This document shows positions 48,653 to 58,621 of a stretch of 64,000 bases of DNA, piece after piece; the stretch's first letter is position 1; every line of letters begins with the position of its first letter. The position numbers and the translations under genes were made by a program. Where the stretch lies: the IMG/VR virus record IMGVR_UViG_3300017763_000002, positions 1 through 64,000 of that record. One strand, 5' to 3'. The notes beneath the pieces were generated by a model that saw nothing but the letters and a program-made list of their open reading frames with translations, was not told the origin of the DNA and searched no databases.

Positions 48653-49792
48653 ATGGAAATTAAAATTGAAAGAACTCCAGAGCAGGTCGAGCTAGTAAAA
48701 GCTATGGCCTCAAAGAACCGTGAAGTTGCTTATGAAGCTCAAGCTGCGCTTGGGGATTTCATCGGACCAGTATTGGCCGAAGTTGTTAATCAAGCTCCTA
48801 CGGTAAGTAACTTGTTTACTAGCCTTCAGTTTAACTCTGAAGATAACGCAAGCATTCCTTTGGACCTTTATCACGATATTACTGATGAAGATTACGTTCA
48901 AATTTGGAGTCAGAACACCCCAGGTGGCCTGCCTACCAATCATGTTGCACCAGTACAACAAGAAATGAAATTTACCACCTATCGCCTTGATAGCGCTGTT
49001 TCCTTTGATAAAAGGTTCGCATCGCGCTCTCGCATGGACGTGGTAAGTAAAACTTTCACAAGAATTGCACAAGAGATTCTTTTGAAACAAGAAAAAACAT
49101 CCGCTACAATGATTATGACAGCATTAGCTAACGCCAGCACAAATGGCAAAGAGCATGTTGTTCGTTCTCATACAGCAGATCGTTTTCTTTTGGCTGACCT
49201 TAATGCTTTGTTTACTCTTGCAAAAAGAGTCAACAGCGCCTGGACAGGTGGAACACCTACCGAGCGTCGTGGACGAGGCATCACAGACCTTCTTGTTTCT
49301 CCGGAAATCGTAGAAGAACTTAGAGGTATGGCTTATAACCCAATCAATACTAAGGCTAGCCCTATCGCTGCTAACTCAACTGGAGAAGGAATTCCTGCTA
49401 CGGACGAACTTCGTAACTCAGTTTTTAATAGCGCTGGTATTCCTGAATTTTATGGAGTTTCTATTATGGAGCTCAATGAAATGGGTATTGGTCAAAAATT
49501 CAACAAGGTTTTTGACACTGTCGCTAGCGGAACAAGCTTTGCCAATCACGTTGGCGCTGCTGCCGGAACAGCTGGATTCACAGAAACTGATGAAGAAATT
49601 ATAGTGGGTGCAGATCTCTCTAGAGAGTCTCTGCTTCGCGCTGTTGCTACAGATTCAGAATCTGGTTCAGAATTCGACTTGGTTGTTGATGATCAGTGGG
49701 TTAGCCGTTCCGCAAAGATTGGCTACTATGGATCTCTTGAAGAAGGACGAATGATCGTTGACGATCGCGTTCTTACAGGAATTATTGTTTAA
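48653..49792 (+). CDS. major capsid protein (HK97 fold, inferred)
   Basis: 379 aa after protease and decoration genes; AGGAG SD; ITDLLVSPE...LR and PEFYGVSIMEL motifs; strong terminator follows. Confidence 0.8.
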   Translation: MEIKIERTPEQVELVKAMASKNREVAYEAQAALGDFIGPVLAEVVNQAPTVSNLFTSLQFNSEDNASIPLDLYHDITDEDYVQIWSQNTPGGLPTNHVAPVQQEMKFTTYRLDSAVSFDKRFASRSRMDVVSKTFTRIAQEILLKQEKTSATMIMTALANASTNGKEHVVRSHTADRFLLADLNALFTLAKRVNSAWTGGTPTERRGRGITDLLVSPEIVEELRGMAYNPINTKASPIAANSTGEGIPATDELRNSVFNSAGIPEFYGVSIMELNEMGIGQKFNKVFDTVASGTSFANHVGAAAGTAGFTETDEEIIVGADLSRESLLRAVATDSESGSEFDLVVDDQWVSRSAKIGYYGSLEEGRMIVDDRVLTGIIV

Positions 49793-49813
49793 GATTTAAT
49801 CTTAAGTAAATTT

Positions 49814-49846
49814 AAAAAAATCCACCATTTGGTGGATTTTTTTTTG
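49814..49846. terminator. bidirectional intrinsic terminator
   Basis: AAAAAATCCACC-ATTT-GGTGGATTTTTTTT. Confidence 0.9.
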
Positions 49847-49883
49847 TTCTAGTACATAATATATGTGTGTACCATATAAAGAT

Positions 49884-50306
49884 ATGAGTCAAAAAAAAGT
49901 AACTAAAAAGAGCGCTCGAACTCGTAAGCCTAAGACTTCAAAAGCTAAAAAATTAGATCAATTAAGTCAGACGAACGGAAAGGCATACGATAATGAAGAC
50001 ACCTCCCAAGTGAGGAAACTAGAAGAAATTTTAGAAGTTTCTGTAACAAATCCTTTTGGAACTTCTAGCGGTAAGGTTTTTGAAGAAAATCTTGCAGAAA
50101 TGAATTTATCTCAAATGCAAGAAGTTGCAGTAAGAGCTGGAATATTTCCCTCAGGAAATCAAACAATGCTTAAAAATAAATTAAAAAAAGCTTTTAAATC
50201 ATCATACCCAGATCAACTACAAGTGATTGTTGACAAAGGATCTCCAATTGAATTAGACCCTGCCAACCCAAAGCATAAAGAATTAATTGATTATTTAAAT
50301 AGTTAA
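49884..50306 (+). CDS. hypothetical protein, 140 aa (start refined from 49863)
   Basis: GTGTA(49867)-12nt-ATG; basic N-terminus. Confidence 0.7.
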   Translation: MSQKKVTKKSARTRKPKTSKAKKLDQLSQTNGKAYDNEDTSQVRKLEEILEVSVTNPFGTSSGKVFEENLAEMNLSQMQEVAVRAGIFPSGNQTMLKNKLKKAFKSSYPDQLQVIVDKGSPIELDPANPKHKELIDYLNS

Positions 50307-50307
50307 A

Positions 50308-50784
50308 ATGCACGCCAATTACAGTCTAACTAATTTAGCTTCTCAAATATATGACTCAGAGTTAGATATTGGCGGTACTGCTGCTGAGCGGGATGCTGAA
50401 ATAATTATCATAAGATCTTGGTTGGCCGCGCATGTTGGTGAAGTTAATACGCTCCTTAATACTTCGTTTGAGGTAAGCGGAGAAGATGTTGTTGGGTTTC
50501 ACGAAGAAGAGGCTGGAATATTAAGAGAGTTGTATGTAATACAATATTATAAAAAACAAACCAGAAGCGTTCTAAAGCAAGCTGATAATTCTGCTAATTC
50601 TCTAGACTTTTCTGAGTTACGAGAAGGAGACTCGGTTGTGAAAAGATCTTCTAAGCGAGATCATCTAAAAGATTACAAAAGTTTAATTATGCATTCTCAG
50701 CAGATTCTAGATAAATTAATAGCTAATTATAATACCTATCAATCTCCACCTTCTCAGGTTGTAGAAAAAGATTCTTATAACTAA
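50308..50784 (+). CDS. hypothetical protein, possible head-tail adaptor
   Basis: 158 aa helical protein after the MCP; SELREGDSVVKR recalls the C-terminal beta hairpin of adaptor proteins. Confidence 0.5.
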   Translation: MHANYSLTNLASQIYDSELDIGGTAAERDAEIIIIRSWLAAHVGEVNTLLNTSFEVSGEDVVGFHEEEAGILRELYVIQYYKKQTRSVLKQADNSANSLDFSELREGDSVVKRSSKRDHLKDYKSLIMHSQQILDKLIANYNTYQSPPSQVVEKDSYN

Positions 50785-50808
50785 AGTTTGAGTGTAAATA
50801 ATTTAATC

Positions 50809-51345
50809 ATGGATGAGTACAAAGATTTAAAATTTATTAACGACGCGCAAGACACAAGCGAAGCGTTAAGAATGTATAAGTCACAATTATATAAAATGGC
50901 GCAATGCGCTCAAAAAATATTCGAATCCTTGAATTCTGGAGATGAAATTGAAGAATGGATGAAATCGTCGATTCTACGCGCATACAATGGCCTAGAAGAG
51001 GTTTCTAGTTATATAGACTATAATTCATCATTTCCTAAGGTAGAAGACCCTCTAGAGCCCTTAGAGGACGATCCAAGGAAAAACAATAATTATTTAACCA
51101 ACGAAGACAAGCGTTTTCCTGTGCCCCAAGAAGCTGAAGGTGGCGATGATTTTGTTGGAAGGTGTATCTCAGACCCAGCAATGAAGGGAAGATACCCCCA
51201 ACAATCTGATAGATTTATGGCGTGCTTGTTAATATATAATAAAAATATTGAAAACGCAGCAGATAATCCTGGAGTTCCTTTTGAAGATCCAATGGAAAAG
51301 AAAGATGAAACTCAAATGGATCCAGAAAAGCCTATTTTACCTTAA
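50809..51345 (+). CDS. hypothetical protein (start refined from 50788)
   Basis: GTGTA(50792)-12nt-ATG; MYKSQL...EEWMKS and P.P...E..DDFVGRC motifs recurrent in phage head-region proteins. Confidence 0.65.
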   Translation: MDEYKDLKFINDAQDTSEALRMYKSQLYKMAQCAQKIFESLNSGDEIEEWMKSSILRAYNGLEEVSSYIDYNSSFPKVEDPLEPLEDDPRKNNNYLTNEDKRFPVPQEAEGGDDFVGRCISDPAMKGRYPQQSDRFMACLLIYNKNIENAADNPGVPFEDPMEKKDETQMDPEKPILP

Positions 51346-53791
51346 GTTTTAATTTTCCTTTTTCAAAAACTAGCGAAGTCTTTGTTCCGTCGCCAATTTC
51401 TTTTTTAATAATTAATTCAGATAGAGGGTCTTCAATTTCTTTTTCAATCATTCTTGCTACCGGCCTAGCTCCAAAATTTTGATTGGCAATATGCTCACTG
51501 ATATATTTCTTAGCAGAAGCTGATAATGAAAAGGATATGTTCATTTCTTTTAATTTATTTTTTAAAGGTCTAAGTTCAATATTAAATATTTTAATTATAT
51601 CTTCCTCATTCAAGTTTTGATATACTAATACTTCTGATATTCTGTTCACGAATTCTGGACGAAGCATTTCGCAAGCTTTTTGTATAATTTTTTCTTTCTT
51701 CTTATCTTCATTGTCTACCGAGTTAAATCCAATGCCACCTCCTTTGTGAGATATTTCAGATCCTATATTGCCTGTGATAATTATTACAGAGTTAGAAAAG
51801 TCTCCAACTCTTCCTAGTCCGTCGGTCAATCTACCTTCATCCATAATTTGCAGTAAACATTGAATTGCATCAGGGTGAGACTTTTCTATTTCATCAAATA
51901 ATATAACGCTATATGGATTTTTACTTATTTTATCTATTAAAAAAGAACCCTCTTCATACCCTACATAACCCGGCGAAGCTCCAGACAATTTATTGCTGGA
52001 AGTTTTATCTGAAAACTCTGACATATCAACTCTAATAATTTCTGAGTTTTTGCCAACCAAGAATTGAGAGAGTATTTTCGCTGTATGTGTTTTGCCAAGT
52101 CCTGTTTGCCCTAGTATTAGGAAACTAGCAATTGGCTTTCGCCTTTCTCTTAAACCAGATTTTGATCTTAATATGGCTTTCGAAATAGATTCTACAGCAT
52201 CGTCTTGTCCTACAATATGGTTTTTGAGTTTTTTCTCCAGAGATAAATATATTTCTGCATCACTTTTAGATAGCTCCGACATCGGTATTTTTGTGGATTG
52301 CGACACCGTTCTGTAAATGTCTTGAGGGGTTATTTTCTTTTTGTTGCTGAATTTTCTTTTTGCCCAAGAGTTTAAACTTTTTTTATACTTGTCTAATAGC
52401 TCGTCTTGAGCTCGTAATATTTCTTTTGTATCCTTAAAGTTACTAGTCAGTTCGTCTTCTTGGTTCATTAAAATTTCAAGCTGCTTTTCCATCTCTACAG
52501 TAGACTTCGGTCTTTTGAAAGATTTGATTTTTACTTTTGCGCCTGTCTGGTCTAATATATCTATAGCTTTATCCGGAAAGTTTTTAGAAGGTATATATCT
52601 TGCGGATAGCTCTACAATAATTTCAAGGCATTCATCTGGGAATTCTACATAATGAAACTCTTGGTACTTATCTTTTATACCTTTTAATATTTCTAATGTT
52701 TCTTCTTTTGAAGGGGCTCTGCAGCGCACAGCTTGAAATCTGCGATCAAGGGCTCCATCTTTGAGTATAGTCTTTTTATATTCTCCATCTGTAGTCGCCC
52801 CTATGCATCTGATATTGCCTCTTGCTAAGGCAGGCTTTAGCATGTTAGCTGCGTCCATGCTACCCTCCGCGCTACCCGCTCCAACCAAAGTGTGAATTTC
52901 ATCTATGAAAAGTATCTTATTATCATCTTGAGAAACTTCTTCAATAACCGATTTTAGACGCTCTTCAAATTGCCCCCTATACTTTGTTCCAGCAATCATA
53001 GACCCAAGATCTAAGCCGAAAATAATTTTATTTAAGAGCGGTTCTGGGCAATGCCCTGAATATATAGAGTTGGCCAAGCCTTCAATAATAGCCGTTTTTC
53101 CAACTCCTGGGTCACCAATAAGAACCGGGTTATTCTTGGTTCTTCTTGATAAAATCTCGCAAACCTCTAAAATCTCTTCGTCTTTGCCTATGATTTTATC
53201 TAGTTTTTCTTGTTGAGCTAAATCATTATAGTTAATGCAGAACTTTTCTATTGATGATGATTTTTTAGAAGGAGCTTGCTGCGCTTCTCTCGGAGTTTCT
53301 TGTGACGGAGAGATAAAAAATGGAGTGAAATTGGGAGAACTTACATTTTCTGAAGACAACTGAAAGTAGTTCTTGATTTCATCAATAATTAAATCTTCTG
53401 GAATTTGCATTGATTTAAAATATTTTGATACAGGAGATCCATCATACTTAAGTAGAGACAGTAGTATGTGTTCTATACCTACATAATCGTGCCCAAAGTT
53501 GGCGCTAATTACGGAAGAGATTTCAAGCACCTGCTTGAACTTAGAAGAAAACTCTAATTTGGGATCTTTACTATTGTTTTTTTTGCTAGGAGGTTTCATG
53601 GAGGAGGTTAATTTTAATGGGTCAATTCCCATAGAAGTTAAAACTTCATGAACGATTCCAGCTTTCAACTGCAATATGCCTAGGAATAACTCCTCTAAAC
53701 AAACTTTTGACTTTTTATTTTCCTTAGCTATTTTTCTTGAAATTTCTATTGCTCTTTGAGCTCTTGGTGTAAAATTTGGTTTTGGTTGCAT
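51332..53791 (-). CDS. clpC: ClpC/ClpA-type AAA+ unfoldase (start refined from 53806)
   Basis: Clp-N repeats (FTPRAQRAI, YVGIEHILLSLL); NBD1 GDPGVGKT/FIDEIH; NBD2 GQTGLGKT/FDEIEK; ClpP-docking IGF loop (GGIGFN); GTGTA-10nt-ATG. Confidence 0.9.
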   Translation of the reverse strand: MQPKPNFTPRAQRAIEISRKIAKENKKSKVCLEELFLGILQLKAGIVHEVLTSMGIDPLKLTSSMKPPSKKNNSKDPKLEFSSKFKQVLEISSVISANFGHDYVGIEHILLSLLKYDGSPVSKYFKSMQIPEDLIIDEIKNYFQLSSENVSSPNFTPFFISPSQETPREAQQAPSKKSSSIEKFCINYNDLAQQEKLDKIIGKDEEILEVCEILSRRTKNNPVLIGDPGVGKTAIIEGLANSIYSGHCPEPLLNKIIFGLDLGSMIAGTKYRGQFEERLKSVIEEVSQDDNKILFIDEIHTLVGAGSAEGSMDAANMLKPALARGNIRCIGATTDGEYKKTILKDGALDRRFQAVRCRAPSKEETLEILKGIKDKYQEFHYVEFPDECLEIIVELSARYIPSKNFPDKAIDILDQTGAKVKIKSFKRPKSTVEMEKQLEILMNQEDELTSNFKDTKEILRAQDELLDKYKKSLNSWAKRKFSNKKKITPQDIYRTVSQSTKIPMSELSKSDAEIYLSLEKKLKNHIVGQDDAVESISKAILRSKSGLRERRKPIASFLILGQTGLGKTHTAKILSQFLVGKNSEIIRVDMSEFSDKTSSNKLSGASPGYVGYEEGSFLIDKISKNPYSVILFDEIEKSHPDAIQCLLQIMDEGRLTDGLGRVGDFSNSVIIITGNIGSEISHKGGGIGFNSVDNEDKKKEKIIQKACEMLRPEFVNRISEVLVYQNLNEEDIIKIFNIELRPLKNKLKEMNISFSLSASAKKYISEHIANQNFGARPVARMIEKEIEDPLSELIIKKEIGDGTKTSLVFEKGKLKLKVK

Positions 53792-53805
53792 CATAGTAAT
53801 ATACA

Positions 53806-56385
53806 CTACTTTAGGTCAGCGAGTTTCATATATATATTCTCCTTTAAAACATTAATGTTGTTCACAAAGAATATATCGTCAGCTTTAGACCCATAGGTCA
53901 CAATTATTGAGTTTTTTTCTGGAGCTTCATTTATATTTAAAAATTCATCAAGTTTGTTTTCTTTTGAATTATTGCAAAGCATGCAGTTTAGAGATCCAAA
54001 TTCATCTGCTATTTCTAGTTTCATGTATTTATTTCCAGATCTACTAATTCTAGTAAAGCAATCTAATACAATTCCTATCACGCTAAGGTTTGAGTTTTTT
54101 CTTTTTTCTTTATATTCTTTTAGATTTGTTAGTTTTAGCCCAGGCTTGCCAAATATATTTCTTAAGTCTTCGCTATAAGAATAGCCTAGCAGTTGATTCT
54201 CGAAGTACCAATTAGCAAAGCTGCTGGATTTGCTATTTTGCATATATATATTTTTATAAGGTTCGTATTTTTTCTTAAAGGTTTGAAATCTAGATTCCTT
54301 GAATAAAGGCCTTCCATCATCTCCCACTAAATTATTATCTCTAGCACTAACAATCGCATCTAGCAACTTGTAATTAAACTTTTCGCCCAACTGAATAAAA
54401 TTTCTTTTCTCGCGATCCGTAAGAACATTAAACACTTGAGCCTCTAGAACTAACAAGGGTCTGCTGCCTTCAAAATTAGAAAGCGCTCCTGCTTGTATTA
54501 AAGCGCACAGTGTGCCGATGTGTAATCCAGCTTGCTTGGCAGATATAAACATTTCATATTTTGTGTCTCCTGATTGAGATCTGAATTCTATTAATGATTT
54601 TAAAGCTTTTTCAGAAATACCTTTGATGGAGTTTAATCCGTACCTGATGTCGTTGCCTTCAATGGAGAAATCCATCTCTGATTTAGATAAATTGGGGGGC
54701 AAAAGTTTTATTCCGAAATAAGATAATTCTTTACTTATTTTACCCACTTCTTCTTGAGGAGAAGGTTCAAACTTTGTCATATTAAGCAAGGATAAGAAAA
54801 AATGTATTGGATACTTAAATTTTAGATAAGTTGTCCACGCGGCTAATGTAGAATACGCAATAGAATGGCTTTTATTGAAAGAGTAGTTAGCGCTATCCTC
54901 CGCCACCCTCCAAAGCACTTCTCCGGCATCCGCTCCTTCTCTGTTCAAGTCTTTGTTGGTTAGCTTGTTGTCTTCAATTTTTTGGAATATTCTCTGCTTC
55001 CATTCTGCCATTTTTTCTACTTTCTTCTTGCCAACAATTCTTCTGAGCTGTTCAGACTCATCTAAGGTGAAACCTACTTTAACGGCCATCTTCATCAGCT
55101 GTTCTTGGTACAAAGGAATACCTCCAGTATAGTCTAATATGTCATCAAAGATGGGATGAACACTCTGGAAATTTCCTGTTTCAACATAAGTCTCATAGTT
55201 AGATAAAAAATCTAAAGCTCCAGGTCTGGCGATAGCTAGCACGGCGCTTAGCTCTTCTATATTTTTAGGCTTGATTTTTCTGCATACTTTAAAATCTGTT
55301 TCCGCTTCAATTTGGAACAATCCTCTAGGACAAATAAGGTTTTGTAGGTTTGAGTATATATCACCAGAATGAACATCTATCTCTTCTAAATCAATGCCTA
55401 CTAAATTTGCGGTATTATGTAGCACGCTTAAAGTTCTTAAACCTAAAATGTCGAACTTCACCATTAGCTCCGCAACCCAATTCATATCATACCCTGTGAT
55501 TTTTTGCCCGTCTGAATTTATAGAAACAGGACAAACTTCAGATATAGGTCTATGTGAAATAGCTATACCAGAAGGATGCACACCAGTGTTTTTGTTAAGG
55601 TTTTGAATTTTTTTGGCGATTAGTACGATTTCTTCGTTATCTTTACTCCACTCTCTGAAGTCTTCGCTTTCTTCTAGAGAGACCTCTATAGACGCAACCT
55701 TTCCAAATTTCTTTGGAATCATGTCGCTAACCCTGTTTGCATCTTGCTCGCTTTGGTCTCCTACTATTTTAATGCATTCTTTTAGGCATAGCTTACTGCT
55801 TAAGGTGTTCAGTGTTAGTATTTTAGCTGTTCTTCCGGGGTGTTTTTTCTCAATATAATCTACAACTAAGTGGCGATATTCATAAGCTATATCGTTATCA
55901 ACGTCAGCAAGTAAACTTCCGTCTAGGTATGTTTCTCCTTCGCTTTCTATTTTTCTCGCTCTACTTTTAGACACAAACCTTTCAAAGAACAATTCATTTT
56001 CAATAGGGTCTATCTTAGTTACATTGATTAAGAATAAAACTAAAGAGCCTGCAGCACTGCCTCTTCCTGGCCCTGTTGGTATTCCGTTTTCATGACAGAA
56101 ATTAATAATATCCCAATTTAATAAAATATAATCTGTAAATCCTAATTCTTCTAATATGTTTAATTCATCATTTAGTCTTTTGATATATTGTTTATGATTA
56201 TCTTTTTTATTTAATTCTTTAGACAGTAAGCCTTTGTTACATATTTTAGTTAGAAATTCAAAATTAGATACATCGTTTTCTATTCCTAGCTCTCTGTAAA
56301 ATCTAGAATCTATTTTAAGCTGAGGCAGTTTTACGCCAGGCTCCATAGCTTTATTATAAGTGGAGAAAGAATCTAAAAAACTCAT
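53806..56385 (-). CDS. dnaE: DNA polymerase III alpha catalytic core, lacking the PHP domain
   Basis: GPGRGSAAGSLV, LLADVDNDI, HPSGI, KFDILGL, YQEQLM, YSFNKSHS, IRYGLNSIKGI and a C-terminal OB fold. Confidence 0.95.
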   Translation of the reverse strand: MSFLDSFSTYNKAMEPGVKLPQLKIDSRFYRELGIENDVSNFEFLTKICNKGLLSKELNKKDNHKQYIKRLNDELNILEELGFTDYILLNWDIINFCHENGIPTGPGRGSAAGSLVLFLINVTKIDPIENELFFERFVSKSRARKIESEGETYLDGSLLADVDNDIAYEYRHLVVDYIEKKHPGRTAKILTLNTLSSKLCLKECIKIVGDQSEQDANRVSDMIPKKFGKVASIEVSLEESEDFREWSKDNEEIVLIAKKIQNLNKNTGVHPSGIAISHRPISEVCPVSINSDGQKITGYDMNWVAELMVKFDILGLRTLSVLHNTANLVGIDLEEIDVHSGDIYSNLQNLICPRGLFQIEAETDFKVCRKIKPKNIEELSAVLAIARPGALDFLSNYETYVETGNFQSVHPIFDDILDYTGGIPLYQEQLMKMAVKVGFTLDESEQLRRIVGKKKVEKMAEWKQRIFQKIEDNKLTNKDLNREGADAGEVLWRVAEDSANYSFNKSHSIAYSTLAAWTTYLKFKYPIHFFLSLLNMTKFEPSPQEEVGKISKELSYFGIKLLPPNLSKSEMDFSIEGNDIRYGLNSIKGISEKALKSLIEFRSQSGDTKYEMFISAKQAGLHIGTLCALIQAGALSNFEGSRPLLVLEAQVFNVLTDREKRNFIQLGEKFNYKLLDAIVSARDNNLVGDDGRPLFKESRFQTFKKKYEPYKNIYMQNSKSSSFANWYFENQLLGYSYSEDLRNIFGKPGLKLTNLKEYKEKRKNSNLSVIGIVLDCFTRISRSGNKYMKLEIADEFGSLNCMLCNNSKENKLDEFLNINEAPEKNSIIVTYGSKADDIFFVNNINVLKENIYMKLADLK

Positions 56386-57023
56386 ACTTCTACCTCCCAG
56401 AGCATTTTTTGAAAAACATCCATATTCTTTTGAATATCATACATTGCGTCATGCAGTTTACTGGGGTCAAAATCTATATCGTAATCCCTGCAGCATTGCT
56501 GCAGATTTACTTTTAAGCCTTTTTCCCTGAAATTTAAAAGCTTATACATCCACGCGATCCTTTCAGAGTTATTCTTCTTTTTAATATCTTTTTTAATTGA
56601 CCTTGCTAGGCAAACTGTGTCTATTGATCTATTAATGTAAGAGTAATCTGCGCTTTTATTTAAAAGCTTTCTGTGGATATTATGTATATAAACATCAAAC
56701 CCTAAAATGTTGTGGCCTAAAGGTATGATTTTTTCATCATACAGGTATTTTTCAAAATGTTCCAAAGCTTTTTCTGGGCAAGATTTTCTTTTATTATACA
56801 TGGATTTTGTGAAACCAGTAATCCTGGCAGCTTCTTTCGAGACTTGTAAATTCTTCCAGTCTAATATATAATCCCCTTGATCTAATATTTTATCTCCCTG
56901 AAAAAGCATGAAGGCTAATTGCCAAGGTTTATTTTTGGTTGATATTAAATTCAGATTACATGTTTCATAATCAAATATTATATACTTTTGGTTTTTATTA
57001 AACCTTAATAATTCTTCTTTCAT
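56382..57023 (-). CDS. DEDDh 3'-5' exonuclease (DnaQ/epsilon-like)
   Basis: IIFDYET, GHNILGFDV and LHDAMYDI motifs. Confidence 0.9.
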   Translation of the reverse strand: MKEELLRFNKNQKYIIFDYETCNLNLISTKNKPWQLAFMLFQGDKILDQGDYILDWKNLQVSKEAARITGFTKSMYNKRKSCPEKALEHFEKYLYDEKIIPLGHNILGFDVYIHNIHRKLLNKSADYSYINRSIDTVCLARSIKKDIKKKNNSERIAWMYKLLNFREKGLKVNLQQCCRDYDIDFDPSKLHDAMYDIQKNMDVFQKMLWEVEV

Positions 57024-57026
57024 ATT

Positions 57027-57755
57027 TTAAAATGGTTGTTGTTGATGTTCTAGAAATGATTCGAAGCAAAATTCATCGCTGCCAAAATGGTCTAGACCTG
57101 GATTGCCTAAGTTTCTTTGTCCAAATTTTCTACTACAGATGCATTGATATGTTTGAAAAGCTTCGATGTCTTTCCTGCTTTTATATTTTACAGACTTAAC
57201 CTCTTGTGTTATATAGTTATTAATGTCACAGTATTCTAATAATTTAGACCTAATAACAGAATCAAAGGGTAGCCCGTTGTGTTCCATGAAAAAAGTAGGA
57301 TTAAAATGTTTTAGATTAGGAGTGCAGTTTTCAAACTCCATGAGATTTTTATGCAAAAAAGAATCGTAAAAAGGTATCACCATGGTTAAATCGTTCGACC
57401 AATACTTCTTTATTACTTCTAAACTTATTGAATTAGTTTCTGGGTCTTTTTGGCTAAAGATGATGTTTAGCTTTTTGCACCCCTGACTATTATTTGCAAA
57501 TATAACCAGTTTATGTTTTTGAGAATCACATAAAAAAGATAACCCAAAGACTAAGTCTATTTCATTTTCAATAGAAGTTGACAATGCTTGAGGAAAACCT
57601 GTTAAGCTGTTTTCAACTAAAACAATTTTATCTAAATTGTTTTCTTTTGCAATATCAAAAATACTATCCGAAGTATTTTCTTTTTCACCCCCAGGTGCGG
57701 CGAGCGTTAATATGCTTTTTCCAATGCTATAGTGAGAAGTGAATATAGGAATCAT
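57027..57755 (-). CDS. stand-alone PHP domain of DnaE, metal ligands degenerate (start refined from 57794)
   Basis: IFTSHYSIGKSIL, IVLVENSLTGF, LVFGLSF and KLVIFANNSQGCKKLN parallel the DnaE N-terminal PHP motifs (H.YS..D, DH, AKN..GY.NL). Confidence 0.8.
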   Translation of the reverse strand: MIPIFTSHYSIGKSILTLAAPGGEKENTSDSIFDIAKENNLDKIVLVENSLTGFPQALSTSIENEIDLVFGLSFLCDSQKHKLVIFANNSQGCKKLNIIFSQKDPETNSISLEVIKKYWSNDLTMVIPFYDSFLHKNLMEFENCTPNLKHFNPTFFMEHNGLPFDSVIRSKLLEYCDINNYITQEVKSVKYKSRKDIEAFQTYQCICSRKFGQRNLGNPGLDHFGSDEFCFESFLEHQQQPF

Positions 57756-57764
57756 TATGGTAGA

Positions 57765-57794
57765 AGTATACCATAATAATACGCATATTGTCAA
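57765..57794 (-). promoter_or_regulatory. sigma70-type promoter for the polymerase operon
   Basis: TTGACA-18nt-TATACT with TG extension; ATG 57755 is 9 nt downstream. Confidence 0.75.
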
Positions 57795-57802
57795 GAATTA
57801 AC

Positions 57803-58621
57803 TCAGTACTTTTTACTGGCTGCAGAAGGTTTTTTGTGGGTGTATCCCATTTTTTTATACTTCAAGTGATCGGAGTAAGTTTTAGCTTGGAAAGCCTTAC
57901 CCGACTTGTCGTACATAGTATGCGGTTTAAAATCTTTTTCGCCTTCTTCAGCTTTAGATTTTTTCTTTTTGTTTAAAATTGCTTTTTTGACAGCATCTGG
58001 TAATTTTTTTTGTTGATCAGTCAGCTTGGAATTATCTTCTTTCTTATCTTCTGCCTTTGATTTTTTCTTAGGCTTTTGAGCTTTTTTCCAAGATTTAGAA
58101 TCAGGTCGATCTTTATCTCCGGGTTTTGCTGGTCGGTAATTTTTACCTTCACGTTTTTTCTTGTCTCGTATGTTGTCCCAAAGTCCACGTTTGCTTTCTG
58201 AAACCTCCGACTCATCTAACATTTCAAGAATTTCCTCTTCAAAGTCAACGCTACTGGTAACTTTGCTAACTGGTTTCTTACTCCACATTTTACAAGACCA
58301 ATATTTAGCTTTGGTTTTTGGTCCTGGGCTGTCACAATTATGTCTAGCTCTAAAAGACTTTCTTCTTGAGGGGCTATCTCGTTTAATTTCCATGTTCGGG
58401 TCTCCGAAATTAACTTTAACAACGTTACCCTTTTCGTTTTTAACATAAACTGAAAACTTCTTCGGTCCCCCTGAAGTTCTAAATGGTTTATTTAACTTTT
58501 TGCCTTTATTTTTCTCCTCGGCAAAAACTTCTTCAGAAACAGCTTCCTCAAATCCCTGTTCGTCTAAGAGCGCAGCTCTAATTTCTTCTGTTAAATCAAT
58601 GTTTTTAATATATTTTTTCAT
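57803..58621 (-). CDS. Lys-rich mosaic hypothetical protein (possible virion core protein)
   Basis: LNKPFRTSGGPKKFSVYVK...VNFGDPNMEIKRD...RKSFRARHNC...YWSC, a module I recall from large-phage DUF6321-like proteins; GLWDNIRDKK module. Confidence 0.7.
   Translation of the reverse strand: MKKYIKNIDLTEEIRAALLDEQGFEEAVSEEVFAEEKNKGKKLNKPFRTSGGPKKFSVYVKNEKGNVVKVNFGDPNMEIKRDSPSRRKSFRARHNCDSPGPKTKAKYWSCKMWSKKPVSKVTSSVDFEEEILEMLDESEVSESKRGLWDNIRDKKKREGKNYRPAKPGDKDRPDSKSWKKAQKPKKKSKAEDKKEDNSKLTDQQKKLPDAVKKAILNKKKKSKAEEGEKDFKPHTMYDKSGKAFQAKTYSDHLKYKKMGYTHKKPSAASKKY

Noticed and set aside
53806-57755. Intein-split DnaE, or a pseudogenised polymerase
   Set aside because: There are no intein N- or C-terminal motifs at the junctions, all catalytic motifs are intact, and each piece has its own start and stop with tight spacing.
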